A stretch of 64,000 nt of DNA, from IMG/VR virus record IMGVR_UViG_3300046787_000286, positions 150,007 to 214,006 of that record. One strand, written 5' to 3'. The notes under the pieces were generated by a model that worked only from the letters and a program-made list of their open reading frames with translations, ran no database searches and was not told the DNA's origin. This document shows, in pieces, positions 10,011 to 19,256 of this stretch. The stretch's first letter is position 1. Each line of letters begins with the position of its first letter. A program made the position numbers and the translations under genes.

Positions 10011-10277
10011 TTACCAAGGTGTGGTGTCAAACGCCACACGTCTCCAAATTTCAGTTGATGTATCGTAGTTCGACAAACATACGTACAAATACTGATCATC
10101 AAACGCAATCATTCCTGCTGCGTCGCCGTTGGTTCCGGCAGGGCTAGCAGGTGGTGCTTCTTGAACTCGGCTGTAAAGTTCGGCGAAATTGTCGTTACAT
10201 TTAATGTAGGCTGTGCGTATTGCATCGCCTTGCCCGTCATTTGGGGTAGTTCCTACATTGATTACTTGTAATGTCAT
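10011..10277 (-). CDS. small structural protein with T4 gp9/gp10-like N-terminal module
   Basis: QVINVGTTPNDGQGDAIRTAYIKCNDNF; TAAATA at 10297-10302 and RBS upstream. Confidence 0.75.
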   Translation of the reverse strand: MTLQVINVGTTPNDGQGDAIRTAYIKCNDNFAELYSRVQEAPPASPAGTNGDAAGMIAFDDQYLYVCLSNYDTSTEIWRRVAFDTTPW

Positions 10278-10323
10278 TATTGAATCCTCTGGCAAGTATT
10301 TACCAGAAATTCAAAAGGACAAG

Positions 10324-10866
10324 TTACAGACGTTCGTTGCAAACGTCCCAGTTGATAATTTTCCAGATATTATCTAGGTACTTTTCTTTATCGCTTTGGT
10401 AGTCTAGCGCCCAGGCATGCTCCCACCAGTCTACTAGCACTGCAATATCTGTGCGAACTTGGTGATTTGGGATTGTTTTGATAGCACCACTAGTGCTCAA
10501 GTAGACCCACCCGGAACCTTGGATTTTCATTGCTTCTTCTTTGAACGCAATCTTGAAATCTTCGTAGGTTTTAAAGTGCTCTTCGATTAGCGTGAGTATT
10601 GCACCACGGGGTTTGTTTGCGCCCTTAGGAGCCCTAAGCTGAGGGAAGAACTTATTGTGTAAAAAACTGCCAGCACGATTAAAATTCGCATTACCTTCTC
10701 CTGCGTTATAACGTTTTGCATAGCCCTTGGCTAGATGCTCATAGTGATAGTCAATTGTTTCTGCGCTCATTACAGGGTCAAGGTCTTTGACACCGTAGGG
10801 CAGGGGAGTGGTTTCCAGTTTTGCTGGACGGGTACTTGCTTCGATTAAGTCAATTTGTTCACGCAT
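10324..10866 (-). CDS. sod: Fe/Mn superoxide dismutase
   Basis: LPYG..LDP, YHYEH, FLHN, GSGW, DWWEHAW. Confidence 0.92.
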   Translation of the reverse strand: MREQIDLIEASTRPAKLETTPLPYGVKDLDPVMSAETIDYHYEHLAKGYAKRYNAGEGNANFNRAGSFLHNKFFPQLRAPKGANKPRGAILTLIEEHFKTYEDFKIAFKEEAMKIQGSGWVYLSTSGAIKTIPNHQVRTDIAVLVDWWEHAWALDYQSDKEKYLDNIWKIINWDVCNERL

Positions 10867-10873
10867 CTAATAT

Positions 10874-11092
10874 TTAGCGTCTACGTGTAATACGCCCTTT
10901 AGTAAGGTCGTAAGGTGAAAATTCTAGCTCAACTCGATCGCCCAAAAGGACTTTAATGTTGTGTTTTCTCATGCGGCCCGATAAGTGGGCTAACACCAAT
11001 GTTTCTACGTTATCTAATTTTACACGAAACATAGTAGCGGGTAGCACCTCAAGGATCTTGCCCTCCATGTTAATAATATCTTCTTTTGCCAT
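10874..11092 (-). CDS. infA: translation initiation factor IF-1
   Basis: MAKEDII..EG...LP..MFRVKL...LAHLSGRMR...[14 protein letters not shown]. Confidence 0.97.
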   Translation of the reverse strand: MAKEDIINMEGKILEVLPATMFRVKLDNVETLVLAHLSGRMRKHNIKVLLGDRVELEFSPYDLTKGRITRRR

Positions 11093-11098
11093 AAGCAA

Positions 11099-11476
11099 TT
11101 ACTTAGTCTCAAAAGAGATAGAAGCTCCGACTTTTTGCAGTCGATCAAAGCGGAAACTGCGCCACTCGTTTTTGTCTAAATCGAATACACGGATACTTTC
11201 GGGATCCGGTGCTTTACGCTGTTTGCTTTCCTTTACAATCCCGTCCACTGGACCAGTTGGCACAGGAGGTGGCGGCAGTTTGTCGGGATTTAGTGTGCAA
11301 CGCATTTCGCGCACAGTGCCATCTGCTTTTGTAAATTCTACATTTACTTCAGTAACGTGCAACAAACTCTTTACCCAGTCCCGGATAATAACTTTGTTCA
11401 CATCATCAGCTTCCTGATAGCTAGTACCAGGTTTGTTTTTAAGAATACGAAATACTTCTTGTTGTTCCCATGTCAT
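11099..11476 (-). CDS. WYL-like / Sm-SH3 beta-barrel protein common in T4-type phages
   Basis: VEFTKADGTVREMRCTL...VFDLDKNEWRSFR. Confidence 0.8.
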   Translation of the reverse strand: MTWEQQEVFRILKNKPGTSYQEADDVNKVIIRDWVKSLLHVTEVNVEFTKADGTVREMRCTLNPDKLPPPPVPTGPVDGIVKESKQRKAPDPESIRVFDLDKNEWRSFRFDRLQKVGASISFETK

Positions 11477-11489
11477 GATATTTTTCCTT

Positions 11490-11957
11490 TTAACTAATAC
11501 GATTCATTGCTGCCCACATGTCAATCTGCTCTTTGAGTTTGTCATTTTGCTTTTTGACTTGATTAATTTCTTCTTGAGCTTGTTGCACTTTGGCAGTGGC
11601 ACTTTTCTTTTCCTGCCACACTTCTTGCACAAAGTCCATGATACTTCGAGTTTTAAGTTCGTTGTATTTGTCTTCGAGCTCGTGGTGATCGTCTTGCAAC
11701 CAGCTAAGGGTTGATTGAACTTCCTCAAGATCACCACGAAGCTTTTGAATGTAGTCCCCTGGATACATACTCTGCCAGTCAGTTTCGAACTGCCAGGTAT
11801 GTGGGTCCATGCCTGCTGCTTCGAGATCAGTGATTAGACCACCGCGAGTGTTTGATAAAAAGTTAACTAGTCTACGTATTACCGGATCTTCTGAGTGGAG
11901 ATCCAGATAGTGCAGTAGCTCAAAATCTGTCATTGAGTTATAGTTCACATCAGCCAC
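11490..11957 (-). CDS. hypothetical coiled-coil protein
   Basis: Probable GTG start at 11957; heptad-rich C-terminus. Confidence 0.65.
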   Translation of the reverse strand: MADVNYNSMTDFELLHYLDLHSEDPVIRRLVNFLSNTRGGLITDLEAAGMDPHTWQFETDWQSMYPGDYIQKLRGDLEEVQSTLSWLQDDHHELEDKYNELKTRSIMDFVQEVWQEKKSATAKVQQAQEEINQVKKQNDKLKEQIDMWAAMNRIS

Positions 11958-12342
11958 GGCGCATCTTTGAAATTTCGATTGCTTCTTCGTCACTGAACAC
12001 AGGCACAGCGTTTGACTTGTGCATGGTTGCAATGCCTTTTACTTTGGTACCAGTGTATACTTTTGGTGCTGCCATTGTAGCGTTACCACCTGTATTCACA
12101 CTTGGGATATGATGCGTGTTGCTACGACCAACCGGTGTGGTCAGTTTGTATTGCAACGGTTCGGCTTTCATAGCACGGCTACGGCGCTTTTCGTCAGCAT
12201 CCACTTCCCACTTCTTTTGCAGTTCTTTCCAGGCAGCATCAAGCTCACGTGCTTTCTTTGCTTCTTCTGCATTACGGAATTTAACTTTGCCCTTGCGCTT
12301 GCCGTTGTAGCTCAAGCTAGGGTGATGTAAGTGCATGCTCAT
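11950..12342 (-). CDS. conserved hypothetical phage protein
   Basis: YTGTKVKGIATMHKSNAVPV motif familiar from T4-like phages. Confidence 0.75.
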   Translation of the reverse strand: MSMHLHHPSLSYNGKRKGKVKFRNAEEAKKARELDAAWKELQKKWEVDADEKRRSRAMKAEPLQYKLTTPVGRSNTHHIPSVNTGGNATMAAPKVYTGTKVKGIATMHKSNAVPVFSDEEAIEISKMRRG

Positions 12343-12575
12343 TGTAGTGTGCGAGGTTCGTTGTTGAGTGTTTGTTTGAGGATCTCGATTTCCTCTTCAG
12401 AGAGATTGTCCCAGTCAACTGGCTTGCTCGCGGCTTCAAGTTCTTCAGGGCTCATGTTACTAAACATGTCCATGATTTCTGCCATCATCTGATCAAGCTC
12501 TTCTTGCGTTCCATCAAAATGATCAAACGCACCAGGTGCAAATTCTATTTCTAACGGTTTTTTAGTATCAGTCAT
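12339..12575 (-). CDS. acidic hypothetical protein
   Basis: 78 aa, FDGTQEELD; ATGA-coupled. Confidence 0.65.
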   Translation of the reverse strand: MTDTKKPLEIEFAPGAFDHFDGTQEELDQMMAEIMDMFSNMSPEELEAASKPVDWDNLSEEEIEILKQTLNNEPRTLQ

Positions 12576-12796
12576 TTCTTCATTAACTCCCAGGTGTATT
12601 CTTCGTTACGTAAGTTAGCAACAGGCTGGACCCAACCCTTGGCAATAGCAAAGTTAACCTTGTCACGTATCTCGGCAGGGCATTGTTCCAAGATCTCAAC
12701 ATGAGCTCGTGGAACAACACTGATACCGTCGGGACAAAACATAAAGTTATCTTGTCCGCGGTATATAGAAACATACGATCGATTTTGCTTGAACAT
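12572..12796 (-). CDS. hypothetical protein (predicted leaderless)
   Basis: ATG 6 nt after TATAAT. Confidence 0.7.
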   Translation of the reverse strand: MFKQNRSYVSIYRGQDNFMFCPDGISVVPRAHVEILEQCPAEIRDKVNFAIAKGWVQPVANLRNEEYTWELMKK

Positions 12797-12802
12797 GAGT
12801 GT

Positions 12803-12831
12803 ATTATAGCAGATTAGGATTTATTGGTCAA
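12803..12831 (-). promoter_or_regulatory. sigma70 early promoter
   Basis: TTGACC-17-TATAAT. Confidence 0.85.
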
Positions 12832-13220
12832 TAGTAAGACAATGCCTCTAGCGGCTCGCCTTTAAGGATCATCCAAGTTTCTTGCTCTTCGGAAAAGACA
12901 AGATCCCGCTCTACTAAAAATTTTCGGCGGTCGTCGTCTCTCATTTTCATCCAAGCATTAACCTTTTCATAACTGCCCTTGGCTGATACGGGCATGCAGT
13001 TAAGCATCCATTTGGATAGATCTTTGAGAGATTGAACTGCGTTAGCAGGATGACTATGAATGATTGCCATAGCATCACCAGCATACCATCCTTTAAAGAA
13101 GCTACCGGGCTCAATCCCAAACACTAGGTAGTTATACATAGGATCTGCAAAGTCTTTGGCCACACGCCAATGGGCCATTGACTTCCGTAAACGGTGTTCA
13201 CTGTATGTTGATAGCTTCAT
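12828..13220 (-). CDS. hypothetical protein
   Basis: 130 aa, YLVFGIEPGSFF; GGAGG RBS. Confidence 0.7.
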   Translation of the reverse strand: MKLSTYSEHRLRKSMAHWRVAKDFADPMYNYLVFGIEPGSFFKGWYAGDAMAIIHSHPANAVQSLKDLSKWMLNCMPVSAKGSYEKVNAWMKMRDDDRRKFLVERDLVFSEEQETWMILKGEPLEALSYY

Positions 13221-13231
13221 GCTACCTCCGA

Positions 13232-13741
13232 TTAGTCGTTGAACAGTTTCACTAGTTCTTGTGCTAGGGCGTTGTTGCCCAGCACAGGGCTGAGTGCGGA
13301 ATGTTCGTCTCGGTACATGTTGTATAAACCCATTTTCTTTTCTGCTTTAGAAGCACTTGCATTCGAAAGACGGTCTGCTGACTTCACAAAGTCTGCACCC
13401 GGAGTACGAGCAATTTTTTCAATTACATTGGACATTTTTTCAGCACGGTCGCTGCCGTGTGCTGTTACAGCCCAAACCATGTCTGCTACATTAGTGCCGA
13501 ACATTTTGCGGATGTCGTCAATTGTGACTTCCGGGCTGTCTTCTACTGTGTCGTGCAACCAGGCAGCGGCAATAATTTCAGGGTCGTCGGTGATTTGCTT
13601 CACACGGCGCACCACATCTTCCAAGTGAACTGAGTATGGCTGCTCGCCATACTTTTGATCTTTGTGTGCGGCACGAGCAACAAGCTCGGCGCGATGGACT
13701 AGACTGTTACCAATAGTTGCGTTTACTTCGTTAATTTTCAT
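13232..13741 (-). CDS. HD-domain (p)ppGpp hydrolase-like protein (small alarmone hydrolase / Mesh1-type)
   Basis: AHKDQ..PYSVH, AAWLHDTVED, VKSADRLSN. Confidence 0.85.
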   Translation of the reverse strand: MKINEVNATIGNSLVHRAELVARAAHKDQKYGEQPYSVHLEDVVRRVKQITDDPEIIAAAWLHDTVEDSPEVTIDDIRKMFGTNVADMVWAVTAHGSDRAEKMSNVIEKIARTPGADFVKSADRLSNASASKAEKKMGLYNMYRDEHSALSPVLGNNALAQELVKLFND

Positions 13742-13769
13742 GGTGCCCTTTTTTTTACTCTATGTACAT

Positions 13770-13826
13770 ATTATAGCAAAAGGGCAATAATTGGTCAACC
13801 AGTAAAAAGTAGTACTCAAGTATTAC
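13770..13826 (-). promoter_or_regulatory. early promoter cassette with 18-bp palindrome
   Basis: TTGACC-17-TATAAT (13770-13798); GTAGTACTCAAGTATTAC at 13809-13826. Confidence 0.85.
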
Positions 13827-14155
13827 AGTTGATCGGGCCAGTCACGGAACAGTGCATGCTGGATATCCCCTGCTACAAACTGGTTGAACGACTTGTGTTT
13901 TGTTTCGAGCTCGCCTTCTAGTGGTGCAACACGTTTGAACGCAGAGTCCATTTGCGCCATGTCCTTGAATTCCATGAGTATCATCCATTCAGGCATGTCA
14001 GCAATCGAACGGAATCCCATTTTGCATCTTGTGATACGATAGCTTTCCATACGACCTTCGGATACCAAATGATCAAAGAATCCCTTCATGCCATTTACCC
14101 ACTCGAGGTCAGAAATGTCGCCTTGTTTATTTGCCCAAATTGTATAAATGTCCAT
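13823..14155 (-). CDS. dimeric alpha/beta-barrel-type protein (DUF6614-like)
   Basis: MDIYTIW...YRITRCKMGF...MEFKDMAQMDSAF...FRDWP; family recalled from motif. Confidence 0.6.
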   Translation of the reverse strand: MDIYTIWANKQGDISDLEWVNGMKGFFDHLVSEGRMESYRITRCKMGFRSIADMPEWMILMEFKDMAQMDSAFKRVAPLEGELETKHKSFNQFVAGDIQHALFRDWPDQL

Positions 14156-14583
14156 TAGCAAGGTCCCAGTAGTTCGTAGCCGTCAAATTGTGCTTTGTAG
14201 TTGGCACTTTCGCCCAGGTACAAATACTTGTATCCTGATGATTTGTAATATGCACACTCATGTTCCAAGCTACGGCGACCTAGTTCCAGACTAGGGGTCT
14301 GATAGTCCCATGCAAATTGCATGCTCTCTACGTTGTATTCATCCCAGCGACGACATAAACTCCATGCAACAATTTGATCGTTGTGATAGTAAATGTGAAT
14401 ATCGTTTGCTTTGTCTTGAAACTGACTCAAGAAAAGTGGCATCACACTCATAAATTGTTTGTGAGCACAATACTGCCTATAAATCTGCTCAAACGGTTCT
14501 ACACTAGATGCCCAGGTCCATCTAGCTGTTTCAGGGTACTCATTATAGTTTGTATGAGCTAGTTTAATTCTACAAAATTTCAT
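14155..14583 (-). CDS. stand-alone ATE_C / Bpt-like aminoacyl-tRNA-protein transferase domain (GNAT fold)
   Basis: IYRQYC, WDY...LGRRSLEHEC..K..GYKYLYLG...YKAQF...E.L matches the ATE1/Bpt C-terminal signature. Confidence 0.72.
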   Translation of the reverse strand: MKFCRIKLAHTNYNEYPETARWTWASSVEPFEQIYRQYCAHKQFMSVMPLFLSQFQDKANDIHIYYHNDQIVAWSLCRRWDEYNVESMQFAWDYQTPSLELGRRSLEHECAYYKSSGYKYLYLGESANYKAQFDGYELLGPC

Positions 14584-15077
14584 TTTTCATAACGCCAAGT
14601 AACTACATCGTCTAGAGACTTTTGATCCCATGTATCATAGTAGCCTTGCGATTTTAATTTGTCTGCGGCATTATTTAACTTGCTTAATTTCTGAATTACT
14701 AAAAGCCCGCACAAACCAAAATTCATGTTTACTCGGTTAACATACTCTGGCGCATCGGGATGGTCTTCGAGTATAACATAGTTTATGGGTATTAGTGTTT
14801 GATTCATGTTACTAACCCATTCCTGCAAGGATACTGGATCAATTGTGCGGTGATCAAAACACACTACTACAACATCTTTATGTTCTAGCATGCTAATACT
14901 TTCACGAATTACATCTGAGAATTCAAACACTTCGCAAAATATTGTACTGATCATGTCAGACAGTCTTGCAGCTCGAGCATACGGACAAGGTGCCCAGTTG
15001 GCCAGATCAGGATGTTCGACTTCTACAAACTCGATCATCCATTGATCAAGTTCTGCCTTGATTTTTACTTGGTCCAT
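14580..15077 (-). CDS. DUF1415-like protein
   Basis: W..FVE...PCPYAR, DHP, C-terminal GYY..W. Confidence 0.55.
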   Translation of the reverse strand: MDQVKIKAELDQWMIEFVEVEHPDLANWAPCPYARAARLSDMISTIFCEVFEFSDVIRESISMLEHKDVVVVCFDHRTIDPVSLQEWVSNMNQTLIPINYVILEDHPDAPEYVNRVNMNFGLCGLLVIQKLSKLNNAADKLKSQGYYDTWDQKSLDDVVTWRYEK

Positions 15078-15391
15078 TACTTAAACAATATCAATGCCAT
15101 GCAACTAGCTTGTAGAATAAACCCAATACCGATTGTAATAATGTTAAGCATGTCTTTGAGTACAACTGCTCGCATAAACAACAAAATCAACCCACCCCAG
15201 AGAAACAGGATCATGTCTAGGCCAGGAGTCTTGTCGCTTAGACCCGACATCAGTGCTAGGAAGCTAGGCAGTGTTGCACAATGCAACACAATTGCTGATA
15301 GCCATCCCAGTGTGTCTGCTGAAAGTTTAGCAAGGCTGTCTGTAAGGAATTCACGGATAGCAATAATTGTCATTGGAAATTTAAAAGGCAT
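15077..15391 (-). CDS. 3-TM membrane protein
   Basis: Three hydrophobic segments; follows the cell-wall hydrolase. Confidence 0.7.
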   Translation of the reverse strand: MPFKFPMTIIAIREFLTDSLAKLSADTLGWLSAIVLHCATLPSFLALMSGLSDKTPGLDMILFLWGGLILLFMRAVVLKDMLNIITIGIGFILQASCMALILFK

Positions 15392-15393
15392 TG

Positions 15394-15966
15394 TTATGCT
15401 CCGTAAAAAATGTGACGACCAATTTTATCAATCTTGGGCTTTTTCCAACCTGGACTGACATAATCCGCATGGTAAAATAATGCTTCTTTAAGTCCCGGCA
15501 GTCGGAAGTTTTCTAGCAAAACTTTTTTAGCCACTTCCTCAGACTCTCGCCATAGTGGTGTATGCACTGGACGAACTTTATGTGTAGTTTCGCATACCCA
15601 GCTAAACTGACAGATCAGTTTTTCATATATAACATTCTTTTGATAAACAACTCCGCACACTGAATCAGCAAAGCGGCCGGATTCAACTCGGTTCATTGTT
15701 ACCTGGGCTACAGCTACTTTGCCTTCGAATGATTCCGATGCAGCTTCCCAATAAATGTTTCGTGTCAAGCAATCAAGTTGCTTGATTTTCTCTGTTGTAC
15801 TGACATAACCCGCGGGCATGCTTTCGATGTCAGAACGAAGATCGTTGAGTTTGTGGTTACTAACAGCAATAACTGCTAGTGCCACTAACCAAAGTCCGGC
15901 AGCTTTTAATGCTCGCGAACTCCACGTTGTAATTTGATTATTAATGTAGTTTACTTGTGCTTTCAT
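15394..15966 (-). CDS. cell wall hydrolase, SleB/CwlJ (Hydrolase_2) family, with N-terminal anchor
   Basis: CLTRNIYWEA.SE...VAQVTMNRV...VCGVVYQ...CQFSW...FYHADYV.P.W...IGRHIFY. Confidence 0.92.
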   Translation of the reverse strand: MKAQVNYINNQITTWSSRALKAAGLWLVALAVIAVSNHKLNDLRSDIESMPAGYVSTTEKIKQLDCLTRNIYWEAASESFEGKVAVAQVTMNRVESGRFADSVCGVVYQKNVIYEKLICQFSWVCETTHKVRPVHTPLWRESEEVAKKVLLENFRLPGLKEALFYHADYVSPGWKKPKIDKIGRHIFYGA

Positions 15967-16046
15967 GGTAGTTTTACTTACTCAATTGGACTACGAACCA
16001 GTGAGTTACTGGTTCAAACGAATGCTTTTTGTCGTTATGTTAGCCG

Positions 16047-16439
16047 TTAACGGTTATCTTTGTCTTGAGCTTGAAGTTTGTTCCAAGTTTCAAGTTTATC
16101 CTTGATTCGTTGTTCCAACTCACGATATTGGTTGCCCAACTCCCGGAGTTCTTCCCACTCAGATTCAAGTTTGTGATTTACCGTTAAGAGATTGATGCGC
16201 TCTTCGATGCGCTTTAACATTGTTACAAGGCTCTCGCCGTTGATCTCAATGTCGGCACCCTCGCCCTGCAAACTTATTTTACCTGATGGATTTACATTGA
16301 GTGGCGAGCTAATTCTATAGTCGACTCCAGAGGTAACCCAAGGCGATGCCATTGTGTATGATGTGCTTGACGCAGAACCTATTGTTAGATTAGCGTCAAG
16401 ACTTGAGAGCGATACTGTTGGTGATACAGTATAAGTCAT
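16047..16439 (-). CDS. hypothetical protein
   Basis: Ser/Thr-rich N-terminus, coiled-coil C-terminus. Confidence 0.7.
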   Translation of the reverse strand: MTYTVSPTVSLSSLDANLTIGSASSTSYTMASPWVTSGVDYRISSPLNVNPSGKISLQGEGADIEINGESLVTMLKRIEERINLLTVNHKLESEWEELRELGNQYRELEQRIKDKLETWNKLQAQDKDNR

Positions 16440-16640
16440 TTACTTTGCAGCCAATGCCTCTTTTTCAGCAGTGATTTCTTTGCGGCGTTCTTTAATGCCC
16501 TTGCTCATTTCTTGAAGAGCTTTGCGAGCGCGAGCTGCCGATGCCTTTACACCTTTTGCTGTAAACTTTTCGTTTTCGGCAATGTATGTTTCGTAAGCGG
16601 TAACAATTTGTTCGTGTTGTGTAGGTGTTGGTGATGTCAT
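16440..16640 (-). CDS. histone H1-like (Hc1-family) small basic protein
   Basis: ENEKF..KGVKASAARARKALQE...RRKEI; AAGGAG RBS; promoter at 16667-16694. Confidence 0.75.
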   Translation of the reverse strand: MTSPTPTQHEQIVTAYETYIAENEKFTAKGVKASAARARKALQEMSKGIKERRKEITAEKEALAAK

Positions 16641-16700
16641 AATATTCTCCTTGATAGACAAAAGTAATTATAACACTTTCCGCACACTTGTCAAATTTCT

Positions 16701-16970
16701 TTAGTCCAGATAGATATGACGTCTGCTCCAGGTGTCCCAGATCGTGACGTTACTCCAGCTTCCATTCCAAGTTACTTGAAAAAGATTTAGGCTGTTCTGA
16801 CTATAAAGACTCATCTTGTTGTTGGCCAAATGAACGTCCTGCTTGTTCTTGGTTGCCCAATTTTTTAGTAGTGCGTTGGCTTGTGAGTCTCGAAGAATTA
16901 TAATATACAGGGCTTCGCCTGACTTCGAATGGTATGTACTCATTGTTTTTATTTTACTTAGCACACTCAA
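16701..16970 (-). CDS. hypothetical protein
   Basis: 89-aa ORF. Confidence 0.55.
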   Translation of the reverse strand: MSVLSKIKTMSTYHSKSGEALYIIILRDSQANALLKNWATKNKQDVHLANNKMSLYSQNSLNLFQVTWNGSWSNVTIWDTWSRRHIYLD

Positions 16971-16987
16971 TTAAAAAGGCCAAAAGA

Positions 16988-17007
16988 AAAGCGGCCGAAG
17001 CCGCTTT
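16988..17007 (-). terminator. intrinsic terminator
   Basis: AAAGCGGC-TTCG-GCCGCTTT followed by a T-rich tract on the minus strand. Confidence 0.8.
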
Positions 17008-17027
17008 GTAGAAGAAGCACAAGCTGA

Positions 17028-17372
17028 TTAGGCTTTTGCGGCCTCGAGCACTTGCTCGGCAGTAACTTCTTTCTTGGCAGGCTTGGATGCCTTGACCTTG
17101 ACTTCGCCCTTCTTAGCGAGCTTGGCTTTTTCTGCCAACTTGTTGGCAACAGCAAAACCTGCATCACCTTCGGTGATACCTTGCTCTGTTAGATACTGGA
17201 GACATTCCAGCTTGGTCATTGCATGTGGCAACTCAACCAAGTTAATATCAGTGCAACCTGCTTTGTTGAGGATCTTAATACGAGCTACCAGGTCGTTTGC
17301 AAAACGTGCCTTAACGGTGCCATCGGAGTTTTTAGCGGTACCAGCCACGGTAAAAGTTTTTTCTGCTGTCAT
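17028..17372 (-). CDS. hypothetical protein with Lys/Ala-rich tail
   Basis: FTVAG...KARFAND..RIKIL.K.G; own promoter at 17441-17469. Confidence 0.75.
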   Translation of the reverse strand: MTAEKTFTVAGTAKNSDGTVKARFANDLVARIKILNKAGCTDINLVELPHAMTKLECLQYLTEQGITEGDAGFAVANKLAEKAKLAKKGEVKVKASKPAKKEVTAEQVLEAAKA

Positions 17373-17440
17373 TTTGTGTTGCCTTAAAAGTTGATTTAGA
17401 GAGTTAAAAAATGTTTTGCATTACTGCTCAACATATCAAT

Positions 17441-17469
17441 ATTATAGCAAAAGATGATATTTAGGTCAA
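17441..17469 (-). promoter_or_regulatory. sigma70 early promoter
   Basis: TTGACC-17-TATAAT. Confidence 0.85.
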
Positions 17470-17506
17470 CCATTTTCTGCAATAATTTTGATTTGGTTTG
17501 CCCGTT

Positions 17507-17635
17507 TTACTGGGCGAGTTCTTTGCTTTGCGTTTGGATCGTTTGGACACCTTTGTCCATAATGCGAGCAATTCCTGAGAAGCCCACGGTAGTGACTACT
17601 ACACCTAAAACAAACCCAATAACTAGATTACGCAT
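17507..17635 (-). CDS. 42-aa single-TM peptide (not in ORF track)
   Basis: MRNLVIGFVLGVVVTTVGFSG..., AAGGA RBS, promoter TTGACG-17-TATAAT at 17666-17694. Confidence 0.65.
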   Translation of the reverse strand: MRNLVIGFVLGVVVTTVGFSGIARIMDKGVQTIQTQSKELAQ

Positions 17636-17729
17636 TCGATTTCCTTTTGCAGTTTTGATAAGTTAATTATACCAGATTTAGGGTTTTTCGTCAACCGTTT
17701 TTGTATAGAAAAAAGTTAGTACTTAACAC

Positions 17730-19256
17730 TTACTTGTTGATCAGGTGTCGCACAGCTTCTAATTCAGGAATGTAGTCACCAAGTTGACTGTTTCTGGCTG
17801 CGTCCAATTTATCATTGAATTCAAAAAACTTACGCAACTTCTCTACATCAAAGGTAGGATTTGTTTTGTAATACTCGTACATAGAATCAATTGCGCTCTT
17901 GTTAGATTTGCCATCGCTCATGTACATATTGGTTTTCATACACCTAGACAAACTGTCTAACGCCATCTCAACATTGGGATGGATAAACGGGCTTTGATGT
18001 TCGACATAATTTATCTGTACGTACACCGAAGTGTCTGGCAATTCTCGATCTAAAAATTCATAAAGCAAATGTAAGTTCGTAACATTGTAAATTCCTGGAA
18101 CACAGTTGATAGATATACGATGCCCATGGCTTTTTAATAATTTTATATTTTTAATAATAGTATCAAAGTTACTGCCCCAACGCCAATAATCGTTCACACG
18201 CCCGTATCCGTCTAAACTTATGCTGAAATTTACTACAGAAAAGTGATTGCACAGATTTAAAAAGCGTTGACTAATTTTTTGTCCGTTTGTGCCAAACGTG
18301 AGTTCAAAATCTGTTTTGTTTGCTGCTATACATCTTTCCATGAAAGTGAGAACTTCCGGGATAACAGTTGGATCGCCACCGGTCAAGTATATCCGTGACA
18401 ATGGTGACAATGTATTGATGTCGATCCTATCAATATTGGAATATTGGTACTGCTCGGTATCATTTACCCACTTACTAAAAGTGATGTTGTGCTGTTTAAA
18501 TTCAGCTTCAATCCGATGACTGTATGCTGGACGGCAACCTCTGCACATTAGATTGCACTTGTTGCTCAGTCGCAATTCATATAGATAAGGATGAGTAATC
18601 TTGTCGAGATCCTCAAACGATTGGATGTTTAATTTATTAATCCAATCCCGAGTTTCAAATTGCCGATAGCTCTCAATACCTTTATCTTCGTATTCTTCGT
18701 AGCAAAACCCGCAGTGCTCAGGTATGCGTTCTCCTGCTAACATTTTTTGTCTAATAGCCTGATAATCAGGATTGGTCTTCCAGTCAACAATTTTATCAGG
18801 GGTTGTTACATTTGCCCTGGCTCTGGGACAAAGGCGTGTGGTGCCATTTTCCTCAGTGAAATTTATCCATGGGTAAATGCAAAAACTTTTATTCTCGGTT
18901 GTTAGTTTGTCAATTGAGTGAGCAGCTAGCACATTGGCATTGTCTTTGTATACTACATCATAGCCGCGTTGGTCAATCTCTTCCATGATCTTTATAGTAC
19001 TCAACAATGGCTTCCAATTAGTCCATTGACTAATCGGCTGATCTAATAGAACAATTTGATCAAAGTAATCAGCCAACTTGACTATAGCGCCAAACGGTAT
19101 GTCTAAAACAGTAGTATGATAAAATCCATCATGGGCAGGCACAAAGTCTGCCTGACTAATAAGACCGTGATTAATTGTGTTATGCGTTGCGGCCAACACA
19201 CTTACACGACGATCGGTATCTTCATCGTTGTTTCCTAAATATAAAACTTTGTTCAT
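17730..19256 (-). CDS. radical SAM enzyme with N-terminal twitch/SPASM-like Cys cluster
   Basis: CIYPW...C...CGFC; CNLMCRGC; GGDP; TNG; SLDG. Confidence 0.9.
   Translation of the reverse strand: MNKVLYLGNNDEDTDRRVSVLAATHNTINHGLISQADFVPAHDGFYHTTVLDIPFGAIVKLADYFDQIVLLDQPISQWTNWKPLLSTIKIMEEIDQRGYDVVYKDNANVLAAHSIDKLTTENKSFCIYPWINFTEENGTTRLCPRARANVTTPDKIVDWKTNPDYQAIRQKMLAGERIPEHCGFCYEEYEDKGIESYRQFETRDWINKLNIQSFEDLDKITHPYLYELRLSNKCNLMCRGCRPAYSHRIEAEFKQHNITFSKWVNDTEQYQYSNIDRIDINTLSPLSRIYLTGGDPTVIPEVLTFMERCIAANKTDFELTFGTNGQKISQRFLNLCNHFSVVNFSISLDGYGRVNDYWRWGSNFDTIIKNIKLLKSHGHRISINCVPGIYNVTNLHLLYEFLDRELPDTSVYVQINYVEHQSPFIHPNVEMALDSLSRCMKTNMYMSDGKSNKSAIDSMYEYYKTNPTFDVEKLRKFFEFNDKLDAARNSQLGDYIPELEAVRHLINK

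Noticed and set aside
15967-16046. Hairpin GAACCAGT-GAGTT-ACTGGTTC considered as a tRNA
   Set aside because: Only one stem, with no cloverleaf or D/T-loop consensus; more likely a terminator-like element.
16701-16970. Possible additional array-family member (…SLNLFQVTW…)
   Set aside because: The motif is internal and weak; it cannot be supported without a profile search.
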